Position numbers and translations under genes: made by a program. Positions 38,830 to 51,119 of a stretch of 64,000 nucleotides of DNA are shown one piece after another; position 1 is the first letter of the stretch; the number at the start of each line of letters is the position of its first letter. The DNA is taken from the NCBI GenBank assembly GCA_965645245.1, contig OZ287076.1:248001-312000 (forward strand), given 5' to 3'. Below the pieces are notes generated by a model. It did no database searches and was not told the origin of the DNA. It saw only the letters and a program-made list of their open reading frames with translations. This DNA comes from Massalongia carnosa (lineage: Eukaryota).

Positions 38830-39626
38830 ACGCGTCCACTCAACTCGAAACACACAACACGCTCTTTTCGGTGTGAGGAGAACACAGAAGTGAATTCCTT
38901 AGTGAACTTGACCGTAAGCTGAGGCGAAGTAAGATCAGTGAGGGGATCAGTCCACCGCAGTACCCGACAGATAAGGTGTGCAGAGCTCGCAGGAAACTGA
39001 AAGAAAGAACTGATCAAGAACGAGAGCAACCGTATACGCGTCTAAATTAGGTTGAGATTACTCTGTGTAGATGAATCGACAGCAATTGCAGCAACAACAA
39101 TAAGAACACGGAATAAAGATTATCAGCAGGTCGCGTTTGATACAAGCATAAGAAGGCCGCATGAGCCAACCAAAGATCTAGGTACTTAGGGCTAGGCCGG
39201 AGCTTTACCAGTATTGCGGGCCGAGCCGCAAGCTCTTAGTCAGCGTACGAGTACGGAGTATCTCACGTGTGAGTCAGGTAACTACGGAGTACTACCTAAT
39301 TGTTGATGATCCGCTTAGCCTAGAGCTACGGAGTACGAATACGTGGATACCTACTCTACAGCAAGGTATGTATTCTGTAAGAAAGCACGTCATCAAGCTT
39401 GATTGATGATAACACATGATCGAGTATGATTTTCAGTTGCTTTCATCTCCCATCGTTGTCGTCATCTATTAAGTATATGAGTTACTTTGTATTTCATTTC
39501 TCCGCTTTCGTCGATTCAGAATCAACACCAAATCGGTAAAGAACTAAACATGAAGCGATCAGTAGCCTAAAGTAAATGTCAAAATAACACCAACTTCCCT
39601 ATCTGGCGAACGAGGCTATCACGCGT
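38830..39626. promoter_or_regulatory. MCB (ACGCGT) elements upstream of the Whi5/Nrm1-like gene
   Basis: ACGCGT at 38830, 39036 and 39621, plus TCGCGT at 39131. Confidence 0.45.
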
Positions 39627-42600
39627 GCCGATCATTCCATAAGAGTTTTCCTTCTCGTTATCAAGTATTCCTTTTATGGCTGAGCTGTTTTCTCAACCTT
39701 TAATATCTGCTATCTGGCTGGAACGTTAAATATCTGTTCATATTACGACGTCAGAATGCCAGAAACCTAAAGCGACCTGAACAAACCGATTCTGTTAATT
39801 TGGCGGACGTAACAACATGATGTGAACTTACTTGAGTCAAGTATCTTAATTAATAAGTGTTCTTGAGAACCGAACAAAAGGGCCAGTGGCAGTGTGATGA
39901 TTTCCAGATATCTAAAGTTCGCTTGTCACCTCTACGATGAGAATATCTCAGTCTACCGCTCCCTATAATATTATTATATAACAGCAATATCTGTTCTATC
40001 TAGGCTCTAACAACCGATCCATCGAGAATTTTAAGGGCCGCTCGATCAGCAATAGATTTCTTGGGCTGAATGTTTCATGCACTTTAGGTCAACCTTTATA
40101 TACTGCTAACTTTACTGGGCAATCGATCATAACTGTGAACCAGAAGAGTATTATACCTTCTCTGGGCCGGCGTGGTATGTCAAGTTTCGAATATCTTGTA
40201 TCCAAGCTTAACTTATTTTTTTTACAAAGGCTGTTCTTCCCCCACTTCTCAACTTCCAAAGGTGAACTTCTCAGCCAGTCGGTTACCTTCCACATACCTC
40301 GACGTTCGAGATCTAGACCGTTCCATGATGAGGTCACTAACTCCACACATCAACGGCTCCTGGGTTCCTCTAATCAGCCCTATTATTGTGAACCTTGTGC
40401 AGCACAGTAAGTTTACACTCCTGCACTCTTGGGTTTTCATTGCTCGACGGCTGGTGAACCCTATCGTTGATGCAGATACAAGTAGTCCCTTGCCAAGCCG
40501 CACCAGCCGCGAGTAGCTCCCTCGAGATCAAACTTATTTTCAAGCGCACAAGAGGGTGATTTTGAGGACTCCAACGATAACCATTCCCCGCCTCACGCAT
40601 CTTTCAGGATTTCGTATCACAAACAAGCGGTGAAGGTATGAATATATATGCATGAGGTCATCTGAAGTACTACACATAATCGGCTGGACTAATTCAAGAA
40701 AGTTATCCTTTCCTTTGAGAGCTAATATCTTTTAGATTCGGGTCCCTTCGTCGGACATGAGACAGACAGCCGAAGACTCGACCCTACATACCCACTGTTT
40801 GCGTTCATTAAGTAAGAAGCGCCAGTATGCCGCCAATTTTCTTAGGCTATATAGACATAACTCTTTCTATTGCAGAACCGGTCGATTAGAGGGTAGGAGA
40901 GCGAGTATCGTAAAGAAGGGAGTTCCCCTACTGAGGGCCGGTGGAAGCCTTGATAAACACATGTGTTTTGAGTTTGGTTTTACCATCTTGTTCCACGCAG
41001 ATTGGATTGCCTGGATGATGACATCGTTTAACAATGTCTCACGAATTCAGTTTTGGACCAGCTTTCCATAACGTTCTCTGTAAGTTTTCTCTACGCGCAA
41101 GTCTGAATGCCCGGAAGTAGAGGATCCCAATTAATGGATCGTCATCGGGATCTTTTGACAGCACACGCATATACTCGCAGCGGCTAAAACTGTGGAAGCC
41201 AAAAGCGCACGCTGCGTCGAATGGGGAGACGACTCAGGTAAAGAGGTACCCCGATCGAGAAGGCGGTATGTCCTAATTGGGGTTGTTTCTGGTGATCATC
41301 TGAGCTAGCTCCATTCGTTTCAGACGGCGTAAGGAGGAGCGCTCACATTAACCCAAGCAATAGCAGGAAGCAGTTTCGCTCACGTCTGGGGCTGCATCTG
41401 GTCGATGCTCGATGACGATTGCGAGCTCTTGAGCTCTTATGGCGGTCCACTGTTGTGCAAACGTACTCGATCCGGAGTAATCACTGTCTATCTTCTATCC
41501 GCGCATTGATCTGACATGGTTGATGCTACTGGCGCCTGACCGGCCATGCTTGTGACTCGAGTGATGGAAAACCCATTGTCATGGTGCACAGGGCGATATG
41601 AAAGTCAATGTCATTCATGAACGAGCATTGCATTGCTTCAAAGAGAACGTATTGCCGGAACAGCCTATTTGGTCTGCCCATGGATCTTGCTCTAAAAACC
41701 GTTGGAGCACCGTGATATGCTGATCATCCAGCTATAGAGACATTTGTGCCTTTACTCTCAGATGCAAATGCAGACTAAACGCCGCATAACGCATTCGAGG
41801 CTTGTCGTGACAGCCAATTCCGAGCATGTCCGACCACAGCCGAAAGACAGCTGAAGAAAAGAAACAAAACCACCTTGCTCCCCTCTCTTCCTATAGATAC
41901 TTCCATCTACCAAGACACTCAATGTCTATCATATATCCCACAGAAATATAATCATTGGGAAAAAATAATAAGAATGCTGCCATTTGAACGCGTTCTAGGG
42001 AAATCGTTTAACAGCCGTGGACCTTCAGAGCAAACCGCAACTAAAAACCTCGCCCACAAAGCAGGCTCTGTCAATACTGGTAACTGAACGGAGCAGCATT
42101 GTCCTCTGAGTTGGCAACTTCACCAGTTGTATTGGTTGGCGGGGTGGAGTATGATCCTTTGGCAGAGCGTCTTGCGTTCTGTCCGGTGGATGTTAGAAGT
42201 CCTTCTCATGCCTCCATCGTCGATGGTATTGCTGTGAAGAGCAGTCGTCACTGTTGTTCAAGCGCCAGCGCTGTAATAGATTAAAGAATATGATTACAGC
42301 TTCAGGGTTCTAGGATTTCTACCTTTGTCTTTAAGAGTATGATGTAAGACTCAAAGAAAAGACGATGCATCTCAACGATTCACTCAGCGTCGTGTTCGAA
42401 GAACAGTTCTTGCACTCAGTTTGATAAGATTGCTCATGGAACTTGAGGCAAACTACCTTCAAATCCATTTGGCAGCGGGATCAAGGCATGCCCAAAGCGG
42501 AGAGATTAAAGAAGAGAAAGTAATAGGAATATTAGAGCCAAAGCAAAGCAACTGTCGATTTCAGCATCGCGGCATCTGCTTAGGGGATGACGAGTCTCAA

Positions 42601-45252
42601 CGAAACATGAGAGATTGATGATCAGTCTCCGCTCTATGATTCTCTCTAACATGTCGTTACAATCTTGTTTGCCATGCCTCGAAGCGATAGGGTACTGGTC
42701 CTCTGAGCTACTATCGGCAATGCGAAACCTTGTGCATACTTACGATAGCCTAGGGCACCATCGTTTCCTGTGAGAAAAGCCTTCCACGCCAGCGGCGTTG
42801 AAGGCCCATCTGACGCTCTCGCTGTCGCAGCGATATCAAGACATTGAAGTCTTCAAAAGGGTGCTGCTTGGTCGCCGAATGTTTTAGCCAATCGAAGCTT
42901 GTTTTCATAATGATCGGCAGCGGCGGTGAGCAAGAGTATGAACTCTAGGCCACCGGAAAACCTAACAAAAACTACAGCATTGCTACTCTGTTCTTTCTGT
43001 ACTTACTCTACCGAAGTACATTCACAAGCAAAAAGCGTCCGATTCTCGGCAGATTCAAAGATCCGGTTGCGCCACAAAGATTTATGCTTTTGCCAAGGGT
43101 GCATGGTGACGACATTGGACGAATCGAGACAAGCGGGGCTCTTTTTCCTTTCCAAATCTTTTGGTTCCGCCGAATTAAATTAGGCTTGGCTAAGACAGCA
43201 TGTCAATTCAACTTGCCATTTCCGTTTGCTTTTTCTCAGCCCCCACCAGCTGAGGAAAACGCTAAATGACGCTGAACTACGCTAAACTCATCCCGCTCAG
43301 ACACCCTGGCTGATGGATGTGGACGCTTTGTTTGGGGCGCTTGGAACAGCGGGGACGAATCAAGTCGTCACTGAAAGTTAGCCACGACCTACTCTGCAAG
43401 TACAGAGTACAGAGTAATGCTTAACCCTTTGGCTCTAGCTTCACGCCACATCAATCAAAACGGGCACGAAAGGGAATGCGCATACAGAGACAACCAATGA
43501 ATACTCTATTCGGTCAAATGCCTCTCAACTCCCGAACTCACCTGCCTTTTAACCACCGTCACATGTTTTGTCTATCAGGCAGGGCTACTCTGTACAGAGT
43601 ATTCTGTGTTCTGTACAGACGACAGACGACAGACGACACAGGTTTGCGAAAGAGGTTTGCTGTACATGTACAAAGGTACTCTGTAAACGCGACACTTCAC
43701 CCGCATTGTTCTTTTCAAAATATGCTTGTTTGCTTTTGTCGAGCTGACGCAGCGTTACTAGATGGGCAGAGTCTTTGCTGCTTTAAGACATCTTTGCAGC
43801 TTGATGTGAGATCGACAGTCATGTTGATTTACAAGGTTGCCATAACAAGTGCCAAAATCGAAGTAGGTAAAGGTAGGAATCCATTTCGATCCTTACCAGA
43901 TCAAGCCGCAGCCATTTCAGTTCGACTACTAGAACGTTCTGGGCTGCCACGGCCGTGTTCATGAGACACTACTAACCTTATTGTGGGCGCCTCTTCTCAA
44001 ACAAAGCTTAGCAAATTACACTCATGAGGCTGTGGGGTAAGATGCGCCGCAATATGCAAGTAATCTGCAACGTTCTTTTCAAGTCTGTTTACTTCTGGGC
44101 TCTGTATAGAGTAACCACAGTGGGTCCTCCTAACTGGTCCATGCCCAGATCTGTCGCTTAGAACAGACGTCATGGTCCGTTCATCAGGTGGGCGCATGTT
44201 GAGCTCATGGCATGGGTTTACTGAAGCGTTACGGAGTACAGAGTAACAATGCGGTTATCCTGTTGACGACATTGTACCTAACCTATGCTTCTTCCCTTGA
44301 GATTTGGTACTTTCGTCATCCGCAAACCAATATCTTTGGCGCTACTCTCGACGTACTCCTCTTTCGCATTTCAGGGGTAAAAAATGACGCTGGTGCAATG
44401 TTTGTATTCTGTACTTGCATGTACAAAGATGGACTGCCTCCTGTTCCATGCAGTGCATTCATTGGATATTTGATGTTCTATGAGCCCGCTTCCGAAAGTT
44501 AAATCACTTCCTAAGCCCCGTGCACCACCATGCATGAAGGGTTACATGAGTTCATATTGGGGAAGGCGCCGACTCCACACGAGTCTGTCGTTGTTCGGTT
44601 TGTCCGCTTGCTGTAGCTAATCATTGGATATCACAGGCTTCCGGGGATTGTGTTACACTTGGGTAAACTGCAGTATTAGTTAAGACATATGCTTAGAAAG
44701 AACTGAAAAATCTCAGTATTAACTGACGTGGGAGGCTACCAGCCCTTGTCTTTGAAAGAGGCTGTTCTGTTTGTGGGTATACTGTACTTTGCGGCTTTCT
44801 CCATGCGAAACTATTCCGAGACGCTATCAATCCCTATCATCGTACATACTTTGGGTCACCCACATTCGCTCCCTTGGCCAATGGGCTCACGGAGTTGATA
44901 TGACTCTCTACCCTGCCAAATACCTATTCTTGCTGATTCTTGGACCATTGTCTGCCAGCGGATGAAATCTAGTTTTTTGCCCCTAGCGACAACAAGCGAT
45001 CGGATCATGACGGAGGTGGAATACATGTTTCTTTTTTTTGGAATGATAATTACGTAGATTGGGGGATAGGAGGTCGAGGAGCAAGGACGATCTGCATGTG
45101 AAGCTCCTCCATCCAGATCGACCGACAGCAAGGGGTAACATCGTCGAATAACCCGCGTCACTCGGTCAATGAGGGCCTCAAGGTAAGTGGACCATGAAAA
45201 GGGGTAGGGTAATTTCCTGGGCGTCGACTCTCATTCCAGCCGTCCAGAAGTG

Positions 45253-45260
45253 TATATAAA
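45253..45260 (+). promoter_or_regulatory. TATA box of the hydrophobin gene
   Basis: TATATAAA about 170 bp upstream of ATG 45431, followed by a CT/CA-rich leader. Confidence 0.65.
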
Positions 45261-45430
45261 CCACCTCCTCCTCCCAGTTATTTCCTCCTCATCAGCTTCT
45301 CAATCATCCGACAGTCTCATCTACAATCAACATCTGCAATCTACATCTTTATTCTACCAACCAACCTTTCCAATCAATCACATCCAAACTCTCAAATCCA
45401 AGTTTTCGAGATCCCCAAGCCTCAGCCAAA

Positions 45431-45844
45431 ATGCAATTCAAGTCCATCATCACTGTTCTCTCCATCGCTCTCGCCGCAACGGCCATTCCTCTCGCGGTTG
45501 AGGATGCCAACCTTGGCAAGCGCACCGGATCCTGTAATTCAAACCAGTCAGCTGTACTGTGCTCAACGAACGGCTCTCCTGTGAGTGGGGGCGTTCTCGC
45601 TCTCCTCCTTGAACTCAAGTTGCTCAACATTCTCAACTGCGGTATGTATCTACTATAAAATTTGAATTCAACAGCTCATCTTTTATTAGTCTTGGACAAT
45701 CAACAGTCTGCCAACGCTTGCTGCAGCAACAGCAACATTCAGGTAATCATCCTGATCTTCAGAGCCATCTCAACGCTAACATTTGTCTAGAACGGTGTTG
45801 TGAACTTGAACGCCCAGTGCGTTCCCCTCAACGTCGGTGTTTAA
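45431..45844 (+). CDS. Secreted hydrophobin-like protein with 6 Cys (3 exons)
   Basis: Signal peptide MQFKSIITVLSIALAATAIP and KR site. Exons 45431-45641, 45690-45742 and 45791-45844 give ...GSCNSNQSAVLCSTN...LNCVLDNQQSANACCSNSNIQNGVVNLNAQCVPLNVGV*. Confidence 0.82.
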
Positions 45845-48347
45845 AGGTATCCACAGGCTCGATTCACCAGTGCTGGCGGATACGGTTATTTTCTCGTGCA
45901 GCCACGGGAAATCACGCGGGGATTAGAGTATCAGTCTAACGACAAGCATCGGGGACGTGCTTGGAACCCAATTATCTGGATCGTTATGTTTTACCATTAA
46001 TGTATCTTTTTGTTTTTGCTGGAACTTGGCCAGTTCACAGCACGACTCTCTCTAAATTCTTCATCTTGTTCACTTTGTTACCCGAGTTTTGTGTCCAGAT
46101 GATGGGGCTTTGACGACCATCAAAGGCAAGGTATTTTCGCGCATAGCGGCATAGCATGTACACATAATAAGTTTTAATGACAGCTTCTGTTATTCACCCA
46201 TATCTCAAGTGCATCGAAATAATCTTTTAATATTGTGGTCTATGTCTCCCATCTTGCAGCATAATCATTCACATTTTTGATTCTCGTACACTCCCTCTAC
46301 ATTTTACAAGACTCTTCCAAACCTTAACGTTTCGACACCGAGACCGTCCATCCACATTTAACTTTTGACTACCATGTATATATGTCTTGCGGCACCCACC
46401 CACCCACCCATCCATTCCCAGACTCACTTTTTTCCCCCCAGATTCAGAACGCCCTCTTTCCGAAAGATTCTGCAATGCACGATCCTTTCTCTTTTTATGA
46501 CCTCGATCACCGCCACCATCCCGTAGGTCTGGAGCACCACGCCACCAAAGTCCGGAAGCTGGCAACTAACCAGCAGGGGGATCAATTGGGTCAATCCCCA
46601 ATCACCCCTGCTGCACTCCACCACACCTCATAACTTGTGATACATACAATCAATATCCACTATTCAGCGCGCGAAAGTGACATGATGGGATTGTGGAATA
46701 ACTCTCCACGAGCCAATATATCAATGCATCTAGGTACATCAATATCAATGTTCCGGTTTAAATCTGCATTAGGTATCATCCAGGCATCCAGAACCCTTGC
46801 GAGCTCAAAAACCCAAAAGTGCCACCCCAGAATCCCGATCCTCAGGCATTCCTCGCCCAGCCAGCGAACGAACCGTGCAGATCTTTCCGATTTCGAGGAA
46901 CATGTCTACCTAGAGCGTTCGCCGGCTTCATCCTTTCGACGGTCTAAGGTTTTTCATCCTTTCCTTCCACCCATCCCCCCCTGTTCCATTGGCTCTCCAG
47001 GTTCATCTTTCGGAAATGTGGGGCTGGGAGGAGGGGTTGAGGCTGAAAGCTGATTAGATGGTGTGAGGAATAAACTTTGTATTATGGTTTCCTGTTAGGG
47101 ATGGGGCAAGGCTGGTGAACAGAACGAAAGGTTAAGGCTCAGAACGCAAAAGAAGGCTGGAGGGACATGGACGACGTGAGTTCTAGAGTTAGGCTAGTGA
47201 AGCGGCACGACCCGATCGGGTGCTAGCGACTGCCGTGCTACCATAGCTCTCTGTATTATGCTGCTAAGTAGTTTATCTAGGGACGGGGGGCTGGAGGAGT
47301 TGATTACTAACTAGCTAAAGTGTCATTATTAATTTAATGCTTCAGTTTAGGGTAGTATTATCAGCAAAACATACTCTGTCGGTCTCGTTCGAACTCCCCC
47401 TCCATTCCCCCACCATGTTTCACATGAATTGTATTCTGTACTCTATACTCTATATCTACATTTGGTATCTACACTCTGTATCTGCACCCTGTATCGGTAC
47501 TCTCGATAGATCAGAAAAGTATTGATAAGCAATCAACCCTCCATCCAGTCACCGCAGAAAACTCAAAATCTCTCATCTCCACTTTCACTTCCGCTTCCAG
47601 TTGCAGTATGTATCAATTATTCGCTCCGGGAGCTCGTAGATTCATTGGTGTGCGTCACTCTATCATTGAGCGGACGATCGCATCATCTCTCCTCTTCCCT
47701 TTCCCCTTTCTCCAACCACCACGACTCGCGGACGACAGCAGCGGAAAATGACCCTCCCGGATCATTACCGGCAGCATCTATCGATTGGTCGATTCGGTCG
47801 ATTTCCGCAACATTTGGTGTACTATGTAGAAGGATGATCGAGTGCAGCAAAATGCTGTGCATGGCATGTACCTCTCCGTAGAGCCAGGGCGCATCGGCAG
47901 CCTCGGGGTTCGTCGCATTGCGAATAACTGCCTGGCCAATTGATGCGGAGAGTCTCCCCTCGTTGGGCATTTCTAATCGCGCATACGGCTGTCTGGGCAT
48001 TGGCGAGAATCATGCTTTGGGCAGATACTCTGTATACCCAAGCATAGAAAACGACTTCGCTTACGCAAAAAGGGAATATCCGCATTGGCATTTCAAACCG
48101 ATGACGTTGGAGTCATCAGGGTACGTTAAACCTGTTCATGGGTGGACATTCGGTTTGATTGAGAAATGAAGCTAAACTACCCAGATGCGGAACGTACAAA
48201 TGTGCTTTAGATTATAGGCGGTCTAGAGGGGAAAATATTCGCTCAATGCAAGCTTCAAGCTTCAACTCCCCCAACTACCGAATGCCTCGGAAGGGGAAAA
48301 CCCCTTCCCGAAACTCCAACGCCTCACGATGCCATAACGTTTTCTCT

Positions 48348-51119
48348 CTAAATCCCTCGTGCTGCTAGAGCCGCTTTCAAGTTCTTCTGGAAGGAGTCGA
48401 CATGTTCGGCGCCCATCATGGTGTAATGCGCACCGTCGACATCATGGAATCTCGGTTCGCTCCAGGAAAAGTCTCGCCACTTGATGAGCTTGTTGTCAAT
48501 CCAATCTTGCTTGTTCTTGGCCACGCCCGCTAGAGGAATGGCAACGAACACATCAATCGAGGAGCAGCAACCAGTCGGCTCGTAATCCACGGCGAGGTTT
48601 TGCAGTGCGGAAGCAACCGATGCCCATTTCTCCAATTTGGATTGATCCATGCCAAGATCGATTAACCGCTGAGGAGGTGCCAGCTCGATGATGTAGTCAA
48701 GAACTTGCTGCCGGTTGTACAGATGAAGCATGGGGCCAACCTTAACGGAGTGCTCCTCGGTCATGAGGCCGAGGAAATACGCCAAATGAGAGACCACCTC
48801 GATGAAATCAAGTTCCCTCATGCGGTCCTTGATATGGGGCGGGAGGTTAAAGCTTCCGAAAAATTTGACCTCATCACCGTTCTCCTCGAGCCGTTTGATC
48901 ACCTCAAACACGAGCATGGCTCCGAACGAATAACCCGCGATGGCATAAGGTCCCTTGGGCTGACTGCGCTTGATAGCGTTGTAGTAAGTCGTGATGACTT
49001 CATCGAGCGAGCCAAATACCTCATCGCCGGCGTTGAATCCTCGCGCTCGGAGGGCATATACCGGTCGATCGGTAAAGGTCTTGGCCAAGTTCAAGAAAAC
49101 GAGAATCTCCCCAACACCCGGATGAACTAGCCACAAAGGCGTCTTGGTTCCATTCGCCTGCAGGGGTACTACAGGGTTATAAGGTGCTCCCTTTTCAAGC
49201 CCGAGGTTATCCAAAGCTTTGGCCATACCACCGACAGTAGGACTGGTCAAGGCTAAACTCAGCGAGATGGTGTCTTCCATCTTGAGGTTTTTCTGCAGTT
49301 GGAATAGGAATTTGATGAGTGCTATCGAGTCAATGCCAAGATCAAAGAGGCTGCTGTCGAGTCCGACTTCTTTCTCGTCGCTACCAAACATCTCGGAGAT
49401 CAGACTAGCGATAACTTTCTCCGTCGGGGTCTCTGGAGCTTTCCGCTGGGCAACTCGGAAATCGCTGATAGCCTTGGCGTTTTTGACGCGGAGATCAGCA
49501 AACAAGCCAGTCTCGTAGTCCGTGCGAACTTTCATCCGCGAGATCTTTCCTAGCGATGACTTGGGCAAGTTCTCTTTCTCGACAGGGAGTATATCGTAAG
49601 GCCGGATTCCGCAGAAACCAACCGACACCTTTGCGATGGCATCAGATGTGTCTGTGTACGCCTTCAAGTCTTCCTTATCAAAAGATGGTAGGTATACAAC
49701 GCAAATCCCCTCAGTGGCTGAACCTTGCGGCCGGTGAGCAAAGACAACGGTGTAGGATGGCGTCATTCCAGGGATCAGCGCCTCTTCAAGCGCAGTCTCA
49801 AGCTCGTTAGGGGAGTATTTGACCCCGTTAACAATCACGGTTTCCTTGTCTCTTCCGGCGAGTCGCAATTGCATCGCAGCATCAACGAATCCTCGGTCTC
49901 CGGTCTTGAACCAACCATCTTTGGTGAAGGCGTCCCTGGTGGCCTGCTCGTTGTTAAAGTATTCTTTGAATATTACAGGGCCAGACAGCTGAAGCTCTCC
50001 AACCTGCCCCGAAGCAACTGGTTCGTTATCTAGGTTAGCTACCCTCATTTGGATACCTTTCATGGGAGCGCCCAAGGATGCGAAGTCTAACTTCTGCTCT
50101 TGATCGTATGTGGGGCAATTCTTCGCATGGATAGAACCCGCGCAGGTTTCGGTCATCCCGAATCCTGGACTGAGAAAATTCCCCGGTGCATTATATCGCT
50201 GGAATAACTTCGTCAAGGTGGAGCATGTTTCGACCGGGTTCGCCTCCCCTCCGGATGCAAGGACTCTCAAAGAGCTTAGATCATAAGTTTGCGTATCCGA
50301 AGGAAAAGGGATTGTTTCGAGAGAGCGGATCAAAGATGCCAGAAGGAAGTTGGGTGAGAACGCGTATGAAATACGATGGTCCTGGATGAGCTGTAGGAAA
50401 CGTAGTGGTTCTACCACCACGTCTGTCGCCTGCACGTGAAACTGTTCAGCACCCACGAAAAGTGCATGGAGGTGTATTTGAGAAAGGTTTGCGACGTGGT
50501 CGAGGCCGATATAATTCAGGAATATGTCCTTGCTGGTGGTTTCCTTGTCCAGGGATTTACCCTGCATAGCAGCTATGAGCTGTCCGTGGCGAAGACAGAC
50601 TGCCTTAGCGTTTCCAGTGCTACCGGAGGTCAGCATCAGGGCTGCCAGTTCATCAGCAGTCTTAGAGCTTCCAGTCCCTGAAAAGTTAGAGGACGATGCC
50701 GGCAGCGATTGAACAGTATGAATTCGCAGCTGTTCATGGCCAAGGAAATCTGGAAGGAGAGAATCCAAAGTTAAGACCATCGGGTTCTTGAGTAGGCTAT
50801 GAAGGTGATCCAAATGCTTCCGGCGTCGATCTAGGTCGTTTGTAAATGGAGGCGAAATGGCGGGGACGAAGCCGGCAGCAATTACTGCCCAGAACCAGTT
50901 GATGTTATCAAGGTGGTTATCAAAGTGGAGCAGTACCACCGTCTCCCCCGTGATCCCGTCCAACTCGATGATCCTCTGAGCCTTCGACTGGGCATTTTCG
51001 AGCAGTTCTGCGTAGGTGACACGGACGCAAGGGCCTTGGAACCCGGGTGCATAGACATTGACCCCTGCCTTGGATTTCGAGGCATTGCTCAGGAGTTGGT
51101 AGAGATTCATGGTGTCCAT
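48348..51119 (-). CDS. NRPS-like A-T-TE aryl-pyruvate dimerising synthetase (AtrA/TdiA/MicA family), intronless
   Basis: A domain: LMLTSGSTGNAKAV, GLDHVANL, GFGMTETCAG, WFKTGD, PKSSLGK. T domain: LGIDSI. TE domain: LVHPGVGE, GYSFG, GSFNLPPHIK, AHYTM. No C domain. Confidence 0.93.
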   Translation of the reverse strand: MDTMNLYQLLSNASKSKAGVNVYAPGFQGPCVRVTYAELLENAQSKAQRIIELDGITGETVVLLHFDNHLDNINWFWAVIAAGFVPAISPPFTNDLDRRRKHLDHLHSLLKNPMVLTLDSLLPDFLGHEQLRIHTVQSLPASSSNFSGTGSSKTADELAALMLTSGSTGNAKAVCLRHGQLIAAMQGKSLDKETTSKDIFLNYIGLDHVANLSQIHLHALFVGAEQFHVQATDVVVEPLRFLQLIQDHRISYAFSPNFLLASLIRSLETIPFPSDTQTYDLSSLRVLASGGEANPVETCSTLTKLFQRYNAPGNFLSPGFGMTETCAGSIHAKNCPTYDQEQKLDFASLGAPMKGIQMRVANLDNEPVASGQVGELQLSGPVIFKEYFNNEQATRDAFTKDGWFKTGDRGFVDAAMQLRLAGRDKETVIVNGVKYSPNELETALEEALIPGMTPSYTVVFAHRPQGSATEGICVVYLPSFDKEDLKAYTDTSDAIAKVSVGFCGIRPYDILPVEKENLPKSSLGKISRMKVRTDYETGLFADLRVKNAKAISDFRVAQRKAPETPTEKVIASLISEMFGSDEKEVGLDSSLFDLGIDSIALIKFLFQLQKNLKMEDTISLSLALTSPTVGGMAKALDNLGLEKGAPYNPVVPLQANGTKTPLWLVHPGVGEILVFLNLAKTFTDRPVYALRARGFNAGDEVFGSLDEVITTYYNAIKRSQPKGPYAIAGYSFGAMLVFEVIKRLEENGDEVKFFGSFNLPPHIKDRMRELDFIEVVSHLAYFLGLMTEEHSVKVGPMLHLYNRQQVLDYIIELAPPQRLIDLGMDQSKLEKWASVASALQNLAVDYEPTGCCSSIDVFVAIPLAGVAKNKQDWIDNKLIKWRDFSWSEPRFHDVDGAHYTMMGAEHVDSFQKNLKAALAARGI

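Noticed and set aside
41760..41850. Minus-strand 'LSFGCGRTC' resembling a P450 heme motif
   Set aside because: Spacing is wrong and no other P450 motifs (ExxR, PERF) are nearby.
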